The position numbers and the translations under genes were made by a program. A stretch of 64,000 nt of DNA, from contig CAWDML010000001.1 in assembly GCA_963803435.1 (NCBI GenBank), positions 3,136,001 to 3,200,000 of the forward strand. Reading direction: 5' to 3'. The notes under the pieces were generated by a model, which saw only the letters and a program-made list of their open reading frames with translations, did not search any database and was not told the DNA's origin. This document shows, piece after piece, positions 32,601-41,817 of this stretch; position 1 is the stretch's first letter, and every line of letters begins with the position of its first letter. Source of the DNA: an uncultured delta proteobacterium. Its GTDB lineage: Bacteria > Myxococcota > Kuafuiibacteriia > Kuafuiibacteriales > Kuafuiibacteriaceae.

Positions 32601-32749
32601 ACGGGTTGGATGATCCCGATCTGAACGTCGCCGAAGTCGACGGTCTCGGGCGCGTCCAGCTCGCCCTTCACCCGGACGACGCCGCCGTCATCGCAAGCGA
32701 ACAGACCGAGCGTGAAGAACACGGGGGCAGCACAGCGGAACACGCGCAT
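29678..32749 (-). CDS. Lipoprotein with multiple choice-of-anchor-D/ASH-like Ig domains and a C-terminal vWA domain
   Basis: Lipobox LFAC; about six P...(D/N)FG repeats; MIDAS motif DILFVIDNSCSMSEEQ; GSGTERGLEAA, LIFLSDEED. Confidence 0.85.
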   Translation of the reverse strand: MRVFRCAAPVFFTLGLFACDDGGVVRVKGELDAPETVDFGDVQIGIIQPVTIDIKNVGSAVVTVEQIEQTSFTGADYEFRLSETSFSLQAGQTKTLTLTFQAFEAMEQPIDASFRMVWSDAGTPASRTVAVRARGVDTGLEVMPNPIDFGKVLVGSSRTLDVTITNRLGVEVEVFTKVGSDGRPQIVNEGGMGRFELIDLPADLTGGSLLPAGEKLAQNQSIMVKVRYTPDPSQVGRADMGRWTLSNCPNPLCDQRVSLLGEGTNAAIVCDPADLLFGQVNPGVTATQRTVCRNVATEAVTVLGWDRTAGTAPEYTVVGYTGTPSNLGPNETFEVEAQFSPTVASVGTNPAGRVTIHGRNPAANRNLDDVEIQLRGEAGGPDISVLPAAINFGMIALGTTGKRRVLVENTGYNQLTVTRIQGDVDGTGAYSVDRSAFTVDPGDAQVLEVTFRPTAEGVVTSRVQIDSDDADESPFFVDVQGEGVDLPPCSYTVTPMAVNFGIVQVLRATSQGVRITNTGTNDCLVNDIEIAPGSSSAFGLADGVETGIIVPPGGEKNVIVEYTPPMNGIDDGLMSFYISDPTNSNPEVMLHGVGSDSALLITPNEIDFGQIGVGCSTRQREITVYNTGTAPTFVDRIELPAGVSAEFKIENLPAGVPAPPGASINPGASITFNVRYQTVDIGVDNGFFHLFERGKVDPYVVPMFGEGADDPVNTDEFQQLETPEVDILFVIDNSCSMSEEQTSLASNFDAFIQFADSQALDYRIGVVTTDVDGCPSPAPAQRPNSLAQGQCGYFADGNGDGSQMNPNWRLITPDEQPSATQAFSAIVSQGINGSGTERGLEAAYLALSSPVITGWNNGFLRTNAYLALIFLSDEEDQSSNAVDFYVNYFLAIKGFRNTNLFSASAIVGDVPGGCATAEAGSRYAATAERSGGIFESICTADWAQSLQNLGLSVFGYKSRFFLTNQPVAGTVEVIVDGVPVDAVGPAGQVRWTYDPATNTVNFAPLAIPEPGSEITITYRPECL

Positions 32750-32897
32750 CGTCGAACTCCCTCGAGTGTGGGCGGACCCGGCTCAGGTTCCCACACCCGG
32801 ACGTCCGCACGAGGATGAACATCCAGCGGAGATGGGTCAACCGTCGCCTACGTTCTCGTACACCTGAACACTCGAAAAACGGGAGGCCGGCATCGGA

Positions 32898-34529
32898 TCA
32901 TCGTCCGAGCCGAGGCCGCCCAGGTTCCGGTTCGGCGTGGCGGACCGTGGGCAACCGCGCCTCGTAGTCGAACGGTCGCTGATCCTCCTGGGCCCGATGG
33001 CACTCGGCGCAGACGCGCTCGGGGACCTGCGCCCCGTAGTCGAGCTTCACCTTCGGCTGGGCGACGTGGGCGCTGCCCGGTCCGTGGCACGATTCGCAAC
33101 CTACGTTGACGAAGCTCTCGAGCCCCAGCAGAGAGGTCGGACCGCCGCGGCGATCGAACCCGGTGACGTGGCAGGGGATGCAATCCAGGTTGCCGGTCTG
33201 GCGGGTGCGGACCATCGTGTCCCACGCCTTGGCGTGCTTGGTCTTTTCCCACTGCTGGTACATCGGCGCGTGACAGCGCTTGCAGGCGGCGCTGCCGGCG
33301 TAGCGGAGCTCGGCGCGATCCGGGGGTGGCTCACCGCTGTTCACGCGGATCAGTCGGTCCTGATACTGCTGGTAGAGCGCGAGCATCTCGGGATCGTCGG
33401 GCAGCGCCACGTCGAGACCGATCAGCTCGCCCGAGACCCGGTTCTTGCCGGCGAGCGACAGGTGATCGAGCTCTTCCTGCATCTTCGCGCGGCGGCTCTT
33501 CAAGCGCTGAACGGTGGCGCTGCGATCCGCCGCGATCTTCTCGGCGATCCCGGGATCCACGACGCCCGCGTCCTCGTTCTGGTAGGCCTCCAGGCGCTGA
33601 TCGATCGCGGCGATCGCCTCCCGCTGGGACTCGAGCGCGCCCACGTCCAAGAGACCGTGTGCGTCCTTCACCACCTCGAGGTCGACCGCGGCCAGCCACT
33701 TGCCTCGGGATCCCGGCGCGATCCACGCCGAGCGCCCGCCCGGCGCCAGCGTCAGGTTCCCCGACAGGCGATCGTGCGACACGATCGCGACGTCGACCAC
33801 GCCCGGCTCCAGCTTGCCCAGCAGCTCCAGCGCCGGTTGCTGCCCGAGGTGGAGCAGCGCGATCACGACCTCACCGCCGGCGGATCGGGCCGCGCGGGCC
33901 GCCGTATCGACGGCCTCGAAGAGCGGCTTGGTGGTCACGCGGTTCTGCTCGTAGACGACCTCGGCCTGGGCCTTCGCGCCCATCTCGGGGGAGACGCCGA
34001 CGATCCCGATCTTCATCCCGCCGCGCTCGACCACCGCGAACGCGTCGAACGGCGCCGAGCTGGTGCTGGCGTAGACGAGGTTGGCCGACAGCACCCTCAG
34101 CCCGCCCCGCTCGCCCAGCCGCTTCAGCTCCGGGATCCCGAGCGCGAGGTCCCGCTCACCGACCGCGATCGCGGCCAGGCTCATCTGCTTGGCGGCGTCC
34201 GCCAGGAACTCCGCGGTCGCGATCGATTGCGCGTGGTAGCGCGGAGAGATCGACCACTGGCGGAAGAACAGATCGCCGGCGTCGACGACGACCGCGCGCG
34301 CACCACTCCGCTCCTTCACCACCTTGGCCCGGCGCGCGATACCGCCCATCGGGTGGGCCTTGCATCCGCAGACGTCGGTGTCGCTGCCGACGTCGCCGGT
34401 CGCCAAGACGGTGAGCTTGCGCGCAGACCCCTGACCGGTGACGAGCGTCGAGGGGGCGTGGGGCTCGGCCGGACAGCCCAGCACGGAGAGGAGGAGGAGC
34501 GGGGGCAGCAGCAACCAGCTGCGAGGCAC
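32898..34529 (-). CDS. Tetraheme c-type cytochrome (c554-like) fused to an N-terminal UshA/5'-nucleotidase-like domain; probable lipoprotein
   Basis: Four CxxCH motifs (CKRCH, CIPCH, CESCH, CAECH); N-terminal DVCGC...GGIARR...VVDAGD...GERDL...LSANL; GTG start abuts the cpoB stop. Confidence 0.82.
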   Translation of the reverse strand: MPRSWLLLPPLLLLSVLGCPAEPHAPSTLVTGQGSARKLTVLATGDVGSDTDVCGCKAHPMGGIARRAKVVKERSGARAVVVDAGDLFFRQWSISPRYHAQSIATAEFLADAAKQMSLAAIAVGERDLALGIPELKRLGERGGLRVLSANLVYASTSSAPFDAFAVVERGGMKIGIVGVSPEMGAKAQAEVVYEQNRVTTKPLFEAVDTAARAARSAGGEVVIALLHLGQQPALELLGKLEPGVVDVAIVSHDRLSGNLTLAPGGRSAWIAPGSRGKWLAAVDLEVVKDAHGLLDVGALESQREAIAAIDQRLEAYQNEDAGVVDPGIAEKIAADRSATVQRLKSRRAKMQEELDHLSLAGKNRVSGELIGLDVALPDDPEMLALYQQYQDRLIRVNSGEPPPDRAELRYAGSAACKRCHAPMYQQWEKTKHAKAWDTMVRTRQTGNLDCIPCHVTGFDRRGGPTSLLGLESFVNVGCESCHGPGSAHVAQPKVKLDYGAQVPERVCAECHRAQEDQRPFDYEARLPTVRHAEPEPGRPRLGR

Positions 34530-35383
34530 TACTTGATGTCCTTCAAGCGTTTCTTTGCCTTGTCGGCGGCCTTCGACTTGGGATGCTTCTTCACCACCGT
34601 AGTGTAGAAGAGCTTGGCGTCGTTCGGGAGCTTGAGGTTCTCGAAGCAAACCCCGAGCTTGAAGAGGACGTCGGGGACGTAGTCGGACTTCGGATAGCTC
34701 TTCCGCACCTTGTTGAACTCGGCGGCGGCCTGCTGGAAGTTCGCCTCCGCCAGGTAGCTCTCGGCGATCCAGTACTGCGCTCCGTCGAGGGACCTCTTGA
34801 GGCGCTTGTCGCCCTCGGCCCGCAGCGAGAACTCGCGGAGGAGGTTGCGGGCGTCCTTCGCCTCGCTCTTGCCGATCATCCGCTCGACCTCATCGAAGAG
34901 CGCCGGCGGATCCGTGAAGAGCTGCTCGCGACGCTTGGCCTCCTCGATGGCCTTCTTCTTCTCCGCCTCGCTCTTGGCCTGGGTGATCTTCTGCTGCTCG
35001 GCGAGGCCCTGGAAGCGGACGTCGACGTCGCCCTGGACCTTGGCGAGCGCGGCCTCGATGTCGGAGACGCGCTCGCTGAAGGTCTCGACGTAGCCCTTCA
35101 TCCGGGCCACCTCCTGCAGCATCTCCTCCAGCTGCACGCCCAGATCGGCGTCGTTGCGCCGCGCGACCTTGGACAGCTCGGCCATCTCCTCGGTCATCGC
35201 CGAGATCTTCTTCGACTCATCCTTGTCGGAGTCTTGAAGCTGAGACACCGCCTGCTGCATCGCCGTCACCTGCGTCTGCAGCGCGTACACCTCGTTGTTG
35301 AGACGTTCGCCGTCCTCCTGCGAGTAGTACGCGCAGGACGCCGAGCACAGGATCGGCGCCCAGAGCAGCGACAGCTTTGGCAT
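34529..35383 (-). CDS. cpoB: Tol-Pal system protein CpoB/YbgF (coiled coil + TPR)
   Basis: Coiled coil then AQYWIAESY...F.KV...YPKS...DVLFKLG...HPKS.AA..AKKRL; directly downstream of the pal-like gene. Confidence 0.85.
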   Translation of the reverse strand: MPKLSLLWAPILCSASCAYYSQEDGERLNNEVYALQTQVTAMQQAVSQLQDSDKDESKKISAMTEEMAELSKVARRNDADLGVQLEEMLQEVARMKGYVETFSERVSDIEAALAKVQGDVDVRFQGLAEQQKITQAKSEAEKKKAIEEAKRREQLFTDPPALFDEVERMIGKSEAKDARNLLREFSLRAEGDKRLKRSLDGAQYWIAESYLAEANFQQAAAEFNKVRKSYPKSDYVPDVLFKLGVCFENLKLPNDAKLFYTTVVKKHPKSKAADKAKKRLKDIK

Positions 35384-35391
35384 GGTCGACC

Positions 35392-36150
35392 TCACTGCTC
35401 GATGAACTCGGCACGGCGGTTGGCCGCCCAGGCGTCCTCGTCGTGGCCGGGATCCTTGGGCTCGTTCTCGCCCTTGCTGAGGACCTCGAGCTTGTTCCCC
35501 GGAACACCGAGCCGCTCCAGATACTTCCTCACCTCGCGGGCGCGGCGATCACCGAGGGCCAGGTTGTACTCCTCGGTGCCGCGCTCGTCGGCGTGACCTT
35601 CGATCGTGATCCGGCCGCCCTTCGAGCGGAGGCACTCCGCGACCGACTGCAGCCCCTCCTTCACGCTCGAGCTCAGCGTGGCCTCGTTGAACGGGAAACG
35701 CACGGTCGGGTAGTCGCACATCGACCGCGACGCCGCGATGGCTTCGCCGCAGCGGCCGGAGATGCACGTCATCCCGCCCGCGCAGTCCGCATCCGAGTTG
35801 CAAGCCAGCTTGTCGATGCAGCGATTGTTCTGGCACTTCAGCCCCACGCCGCAGTCGCCGTCCTGCTCGCACTCAATCTGGCACTTGCCGGAGCGGCACA
35901 CCTTGTTGTCGGTGCAGTCGGTGTCGGTGGAGCACTCGGCCTTCGGCTCGCAGCGCCCGCCTTTGCACGTCATGCCGTCGCCGCAGTTCGAGTCGTCGCG
36001 GCACTGCTGACACATGCCCTCGACGCAGACCTCGTTGTGCTCGGCGCAGTGCTCATCCTTCTCGCATTTCGGGTACTTGGGAGCGCAGGAAACGCTCAAG
36101 AAGAGCGCGGAGAGGCCGGCGAGGAGAATCAGGGGCCTGAAGGCGTGCAT
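35392..36150 (-). CDS. pal: Pal-like OmpA-family lipoprotein with Cys-rich N-terminal repeats
   Basis: Lipobox SVSC; about five C..D.DC...C..G.C repeats; ITIEGHADERGTEEYNLALGDRRA...SKGENEP...AWAANRRAEF. Confidence 0.85.
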   Translation of the reverse strand: MHAFRPLILLAGLSALFLSVSCAPKYPKCEKDEHCAEHNEVCVEGMCQQCRDDSNCGDGMTCKGGRCEPKAECSTDTDCTDNKVCRSGKCQIECEQDGDCGVGLKCQNNRCIDKLACNSDADCAGGMTCISGRCGEAIAASRSMCDYPTVRFPFNEATLSSSVKEGLQSVAECLRSKGGRITIEGHADERGTEEYNLALGDRRAREVRKYLERLGVPGNKLEVLSKGENEPKDPGHDEDAWAANRRAEFIEQ

Positions 36151-36209
36151 GCTGCGTCGCGTAGTCAAACCTGAGGATCGAGTCAAGATTCGAGCGATCG
36201 CTTCTGCAT

Positions 36210-37707
36210 TCAGAAAGTGTTTCGGAAGACCAGCAGCTTCCCCGACTTCCCCTTCCGCGCAAGATAGTAGACGAGCACGTCGGGCTTGGCGGCGCTTTTG
36301 GTGCTGGGATTCAACACCTCCGTGGTGTTGCTGCCCTCGGCCGCCAGGGTGATCGGCCCGTCGTCGTCGAAGGGTTCGCTCCCCCCCTTCTTCCCCCGGT
36401 GAAATGACATCTTCTCGCCCCCGTCCGAAAGGATCGCGTCCCGGACGCCGTCCCCGTCGAAGTCGTGGCCGAAGATGGGCGCGGATCCGCGGAGGGACGC
36501 GCCGACGGACAGGTCCAGGCCGAAGCGGGTGTCGAGGACCTGAATCGGCTTCGGATCGAAGAACTCCGGGGGCTTGGCCGCTCGCCGAATCCGTACGTCG
36601 AGGCCCAAGGACGAGGACAACATCGCGCTCGAGATGGTCACGATGGAAACCTCCGCGTGGGGATGAATCATCTCGATTCGGCCGTCGCCGTCGACATCGG
36701 CGAAGTGCGCCAGGGCCCCGAACCCTTCATCGCGGAAGACCTGGGCGGGCACAGGGTCGAAACCTCCGCCCTTGCGCCCGCGATGGATCCGCACCTCCGA
36801 GGAGAGGGTGGTGATGCCGCCGCCGATCTTGGTGATCGCCATATCGGCGATGCCGTCGGCGTCGAGGTCCAGGATCTGAGACGAGACCCCGGTGTCCCGG
36901 TTCTCCAGCTCCTCGTCCGTCAGCGCCTTCAGCCACTGCCGGTGCGTGGGTGTAGGCGAGATTCGTGCCGTCTTCCAGCTGTGGATAGACCGCCACCCGG
37001 TCGTCGTAGCTGGTGACGAGATCGACCTTGCCGTCGCCGGTCTGCTCCACGAAGTCGAGGGTCGGCACCACGGTCGTGACGCGGATGGAGTATGGGCGGC
37101 CGGTGCTGCCGCCCTGGGCCGAGGAGCGGCGGAAGGTCGCGGTCTCGGTGTCATAGAAGCTGTACTGATCGATCTCGACGGCGCACCAGCGCTTCCAGAC
37201 CTGACCCTCGCGCCGGAAGAGGTGGAGCTTGGTGCGGGCGGGCATCACGATCAACGGCCCGAGCCCGGGGACATCGCGGAGAAAGTCCCAAGCCGGGAAG
37301 TCCTCCTCCTCGGGCGCGCTGACCAGCGTCGAGGCGCTCAGCAGCCGCGTCGGCGGCGTCGGCTTGCGATGCACGAAGGTCTGCGCGAAGACGCCGCCCG
37401 GGGTCACGTAGAGGATCTCGTCGACGCCGTCGCCGTTCGAGTCGCCGATGTCGAACATGCCCGCCGTCTTCAGCGGCGCGAAGGCGACGTCCGGGCGCGG
37501 CCCATAGCCCTCCGGACCGCGGAAGAAGATCGCGAGGTAGCGCTCCGCCTTGGGACCGGAGCCGCGCTTGTAGCTCACGATCAGATCCGTGAGCGTGTCG
37601 CCGTCGAGATCGCCGGTGGCGACCCACAACGTCATGCCTGGCACCTCGAGCTCCTGCTTGGTGAACCCGGACATCATGAGCAGGGGAAAAATCAGCTGCA
37701 AGCTCAC
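36210..37707 (-). CDS. FG-GAP/VCBS repeat protein (frameshift near 36960)
   Basis: GDLDGDTLTDL, GDSNGDGVDEI, GDGKVDL, DLDADGIADM, DVDGDGRIEM, DFDGDGVRDA repeats spread over two frames. Confidence 0.8.
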
Positions 37708-39032
37708 TTGCTCAACTCCAGCACGGGCAACGTCACGCTGGACGTCAATGTTCCCGGAACGGCCGTCGATGTGAAAGTGGCGCGAAGCACCACGAACAAA
37801 CCCCGCGGGCCGCTCGGCCGCGCCACCTCGCGGATCAGATGGCCCCGATCGGCGGCGGTCAGCTCCGCGCTCGGTCCTCCGGGCAGGAACAGCCAGGGAT
37901 CGCTGGCGCTGAAGTCCACCGTGCCGCTCGCGCCCGCCGCGAACAGACTGCGACCGTCGATCAGCTCCACCGAGAGCCTCGCACCCCCGATCAGGTCGTC
38001 CGGTCCGCCGAGCAGCGCCAGCGCGAGCCGCGACGGCGGACCGGGCTCGACGCCGGGCGCCAGCACGTTGGCGCGCAGGACGTCGCGGAGCGTGCGCGAT
38101 CGGTCGGGTCGATCCTCGATGGTGGCCTCCGCGGAGATCGAGAGGCGAGCGAGGCTGCCGATCGACAACGGCGGCGTGATCGCCGGGAGCGACGAGGCGA
38201 CGAAGTGCCCGTTCGGGATCAGCCCCTCGGGCACCGTCGTCAGGTCGATCTCGACGTCGGCGCTGGAGTGGGCCTGCTGGCCGGCCGCATCGAAGGCGTC
38301 GATCCGCACGCGGAAGGCTGCGGTGCTGGAGGTGGCGATCGGCGGCGCGATGCGGTCGCCCATGAGATTGGCCAGTGCGACCTCGATCGTCCGAACGGCC
38401 TCGGGCGGCGGCACCGGTGAGCTCGGCTCGATCCGAACCTGGCATACCGACTCGACCCGGCGCGCCACGTAGAGGCCCTCGCCGCCGATGATCGCGGCCG
38501 CATCCTGGTCCGCCTCGGCGACGCTGACGCGGTAGCGCCCGGTGCGAAGGGCCAGCACCCGATCCTGCCCCGGAGCGAGCAGGAGATCGTGCGGGGGCTC
38601 GCCGGTCTCGGAGGAGAGCCGAGCGTGCACCACCCGATCGAGCCCGGGCGAGAAAACCGGCGAGATGGTGAGCGCGCCGGCGGGATGCGCGGTGATCGGC
38701 AGGACGATCTTCTCCCGGCCCAGCGGGATCCGCTTCAGCACGCGCCCGACCCAGCCCGGCATCTTTCCGCCCAGCCGCTCGGGCCCCGGCTGGACGGTCC
38801 GCGCCAGGACCGAAAACTCGAGCGGACGCTCGGCGGGCACGCCCAGCTCCACGGCGGTGGCGGGCGGGGAGACCGTTGCGCTCGCCACCACCATTTGCCG
38901 ATCCGTGTCGGTCACCCAGACCGCGACGGTGGTGACGTCGTCGGGGATCAGCGGCAGCTCGACCTGCGCGATCGACCAGGGCTCGGCGCCGCAGCCGGCT
39001 GCGAGAAGCACCAGGGCGAGCTCACTCCTCAC
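37704..39032 (-). CDS. Hypothetical lipoprotein
   Basis: GTG start, RSELALVLLAAGC lipobox; overlaps neighbouring genes in operon fashion. Confidence 0.6.
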   Translation of the reverse strand: MRSELALVLLAAGCGAEPWSIAQVELPLIPDDVTTVAVWVTDTDRQMVVASATVSPPATAVELGVPAERPLEFSVLARTVQPGPERLGGKMPGWVGRVLKRIPLGREKIVLPITAHPAGALTISPVFSPGLDRVVHARLSSETGEPPHDLLLAPGQDRVLALRTGRYRVSVAEADQDAAAIIGGEGLYVARRVESVCQVRIEPSSPVPPPEAVRTIEVALANLMGDRIAPPIATSSTAAFRVRIDAFDAAGQQAHSSADVEIDLTTVPEGLIPNGHFVASSLPAITPPLSIGSLARLSISAEATIEDRPDRSRTLRDVLRANVLAPGVEPGPPSRLALALLGGPDDLIGGARLSVELIDGRSLFAAGASGTVDFSASDPWLFLPGGPSAELTAADRGHLIREVARPSGPRGLFVVLRATFTSTAVPGTLTSSVTLPVLELSK

Positions 39033-39817
39033 CGAACTCGACCTCCACCCGGACGTTCGGCCCCTTCGGCGGTACCTCGGCCTCGAAGAAGGGTGGCGGC
39101 CGCAGTCCATCCTCGATCAGCCCCTCGTAGGCCCCGCGCTCGGCGCCGCCCAGCTCGCTCGCCGAGCGGACCTGCTGCTCGACGCCTCGGGCCGGACGCG
39201 CCTCGAGGTCGGCCTCCAGGGAGCGAGAGAGCAGGAAGCCCTCGATCCCCAGCGGATCGTTCAGCGCGCGGCGCGCCTCGATCGTCACCAGCTCCTGGGT
39301 CCCGCGACCGCCGGCCCGCGCCGGCGGGATCCCGGCCACACCCGGCAGCACCCGCACGGTCTGGCCCTCCTCGACCTCCTGGCGCGCGCCCTGTCGATCG
39401 GAGAGCGAGGCCCGACCCGCCCGCACCACCAGCGCCGTCCCGCCGCCGTTCGTGCGCTCGACGATCGCCGAAGAGCGAGGCTCGAGCTCGGCCCGATGGC
39501 GAACCGTGTTGATCGCAAGCCTGCCTGCACCGACCTGCACCCAGAATCCGACCCGAGAGGAGCCGCACCTCTCCGTCGAGGAACAGGGCCCGCGTGGACG
39601 AGGACATCCGGAGCCGCCCCACGCGGGGAAGGTGAACCTCCGCGAAGCCGTCGGCGCCCGTGTCGACGCCCGCACCCTCGAGGACGAGCGTACCGCTGTG
39701 CGCCGGAAGACCGCGCTGCGCGCCCGTGCTGGTCACGGTCACCGCGCCCCGCGCCATCCGCACGATGGCGGGCGACTGGGGCAGGAGCATCGCGAGAGCC
39801 AGCACCGCCGGGATCAC
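39022..39817 (-). CDS. Secreted FecR-like domain protein (frameshift near 39545)
   Basis: Signal peptide; G...V.TGADGFAEVHL...LRMSSST...L.SGRI then WVQV...LVVRAGRASL...VEEGQ in the next frame. Confidence 0.6.
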
Positions 39818-41325
39818 CAGGTGGCCTCCAGTCCCATCGACAGCACGTTTTCGCTGTACGAGTGGAGCGTGCGCGCGTCGTCGTTGATGAACGCGTCCTC
39901 CATGACGAAGTCGAGGTGATCGTAGAGCGGGACGCGGGCCCCCAGCTCGGCGACGGTGCGGATCTCGGTGCGGGTCGACGCAGGCCCGATGATCGATCGG
40001 TCGCCGACGGGACCGTAGTCACGGACCGTGACGGCGATGCCCGTGAACAGCTCGACGCCGCCGAACAGGCGCGCCTCCACGCGTCCGGCCACCGCGCCGC
40101 CGAGGTTGTCGAAGGCATCGCCCTTCGCGTCGTCGTGGAGGAACATCGCCTCGAGCATCCCGCTCAACCAGTCGGTGTCGAAGAGCGCGCTGAAGGCCAC
40201 GCGTTGACCCACGCGATCGCGGTTGACGGAGCTGACGATCCCGCTCGGCGGGCTCACGTCGATGAAGTCGGTGGCAATGCCGTAGAAGGCGAGGCGCACC
40301 CGCAGCGGCGCCAGCACCTGGAGCGTGAGGTCGGGGCCGCCCTCGATCGAGGCCGCGTAGTGATCGCGGAAGAGGCGCGCGAACACGTCGACGTAGCGGA
40401 GACCCAGGCCCACCACCGCGGAGTTGGGGTGACGGCTGATCGCGAGATCCACCCGCGTGGAGGCGCCGAAGGCGGTGAGATCGAGGCGATCGTAGAGCTC
40501 GCGCTCCGTGGCGAAGACGTGCTGATCGACCCGGAGCGCGCCGGAGAAGAGCGCCCGCCCGATCGGGATCTCGAGCGCACCCTCCCCGGCGAAGGCGACC
40601 CGCAGCGCGCCGGTGCGATCGGGCGCGCCGCTGGCGAGGTAGGCCGGGTTGGTGGCGTAGTCGACGCCAGCCCGCAGCCTCAGCCGGTGCCGGATCGCGC
40701 CGGCGTCGGACAGTCGCCCGCCCAGCTCGCGCGAGGCCCGGATCAGCGGCAGCGACTCGGCGTGGAGCGCTTGCTGCTCGGCGACCAGATCGAGACGGCG
40801 CGCGCTGGCGACGTCGCCGCGGGCGCCCTCGTGCGCCGCCAGCACCAGCGACACCAGCGCGCCGCGATCGCTCTCCTCGTCCACCAGCGGTACCAGCCGA
40901 TAGGCGGCGCGCGGATCCTCGAGCACTGCGCCGATCAGGTTCGACTCCATGGAGCCGATCGCACCGGCCTCCTCGACCGCGGCGTCGACCTCACCCAGCT
41001 GCGCCAGGACCATCGCCCGGAGCTCGCGCGCCTCCGGATCGGGATCGCCGAGGGCCAGCGCCCGATCGATCGCGGACAGCGCGGCCGCGGGAGCGCCCGA
41101 ACGCATTCGGGCCGCCGCCAGGTCGCGCGCGATCACGAAGTCGTCGGGGAGGAGGGCCTGGGCCGCGTCGAGACAGCCGGCGGCGCGCGCGGGCTGCCGC
41201 TCGGCGAGGAGCTCCGCACCCCGCGCTCCCAGCAGGAGGCCGCGCACCTCGGCGGTGGCGGCGGCGGGAACCTCGCAACCGTCGACCTGCCCCGCGAGCA
41301 GAAGCATGACGAAGAGCGAGCTCAT
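39814..41325 (-). CDS. TPR-like + outer-membrane beta-barrel protein
   Basis: Ala-rich helical repeats followed by amphipathic beta strands (GVDYATNP...) and terminal aromatic GLEATW. Confidence 0.6.
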   Translation of the reverse strand: MSSLFVMLLLAGQVDGCEVPAAATAEVRGLLLGARGAELLAERQPARAAGCLDAAQALLPDDFVIARDLAAARMRSGAPAAALSAIDRALALGDPDPEARELRAMVLAQLGEVDAAVEEAGAIGSMESNLIGAVLEDPRAAYRLVPLVDEESDRGALVSLVLAAHEGARGDVASARRLDLVAEQQALHAESLPLIRASRELGGRLSDAGAIRHRLRLRAGVDYATNPAYLASGAPDRTGALRVAFAGEGALEIPIGRALFSGALRVDQHVFATERELYDRLDLTAFGASTRVDLAISRHPNSAVVGLGLRYVDVFARLFRDHYAASIEGGPDLTLQVLAPLRVRLAFYGIATDFIDVSPPSGIVSSVNRDRVGQRVAFSALFDTDWLSGMLEAMFLHDDAKGDAFDNLGGAVAGRVEARLFGGVELFTGIAVTVRDYGPVGDRSIIGPASTRTEIRTVAELGARVPLYDHLDFVMEDAFINDDARTLHSYSENVLSMGLEATW

Positions 41326-41334
41326 CGGATCGGG

Positions 41335-41817
41335 CTACCGCTCCGCGAGGTCGCGCTCCGTGTCGCGCTGCTCGTCTCGCGTCTTGATCGACGCTCGCTT
41401 GTCGTGGACCGCCTTGCCCTTGCCCAGCCCCAGGAGGACCTTGGCCCGGCCCTCGTGGAAGTACACCTCGAGCGGGATGAGCGTGTACCCGCGCTCGCGT
41501 GTCTTGGCGTCGAGCTTCTCGATCTCCTTCTTGTGGAGCAGCAGCTTTCGCCTGCGCACGGGATCGTGGTTGAACACGCCTCCGTGGCTGTACTCGCCGA
41601 TGTGCGCGTGGATCAGCCACGCCTCTTTGCCCTCGATCTTGGCGTAGGCATCGACGAGCTGGAGCAGACCCGCCCGCAAGCTCTTCACCTCGGTGCCCTG
41701 GAGGACCAGGCCGGCCTCGAGGGTCTCGAAGATCTGGTAGTTGAAGTACGCCTTCTTGTTCTTGGCGACGACCTTGGTGCCGGCGGGGCTCTTTTGCTTG
41801 TCCTTCCCCCGGCTCAC
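41335..41817 (-). CDS. smpB: SsrA-binding protein
   Basis: VAKNKKAYFNY...EAGLVLQGTEVKSLR...NHDPVRRRKLLLHKKEI...GKGKAVHDKR. Confidence 0.97.
   Translation of the reverse strand: MSRGKDKQKSPAGTKVVAKNKKAYFNYQIFETLEAGLVLQGTEVKSLRAGLLQLVDAYAKIEGKEAWLIHAHIGEYSHGGVFNHDPVRRRKLLLHKKEIEKLDAKTRERGYTLIPLEVYFHEGRAKVLLGLGKGKAVHDKRASIKTRDEQRDTERDLAER

Noticed and set aside
34355-34375. Selenocysteine in the UshA-like CxC motif
   Set aside because: Codons are TGC GGA TGC, so both residues are Cys; there is no in-frame TGA.
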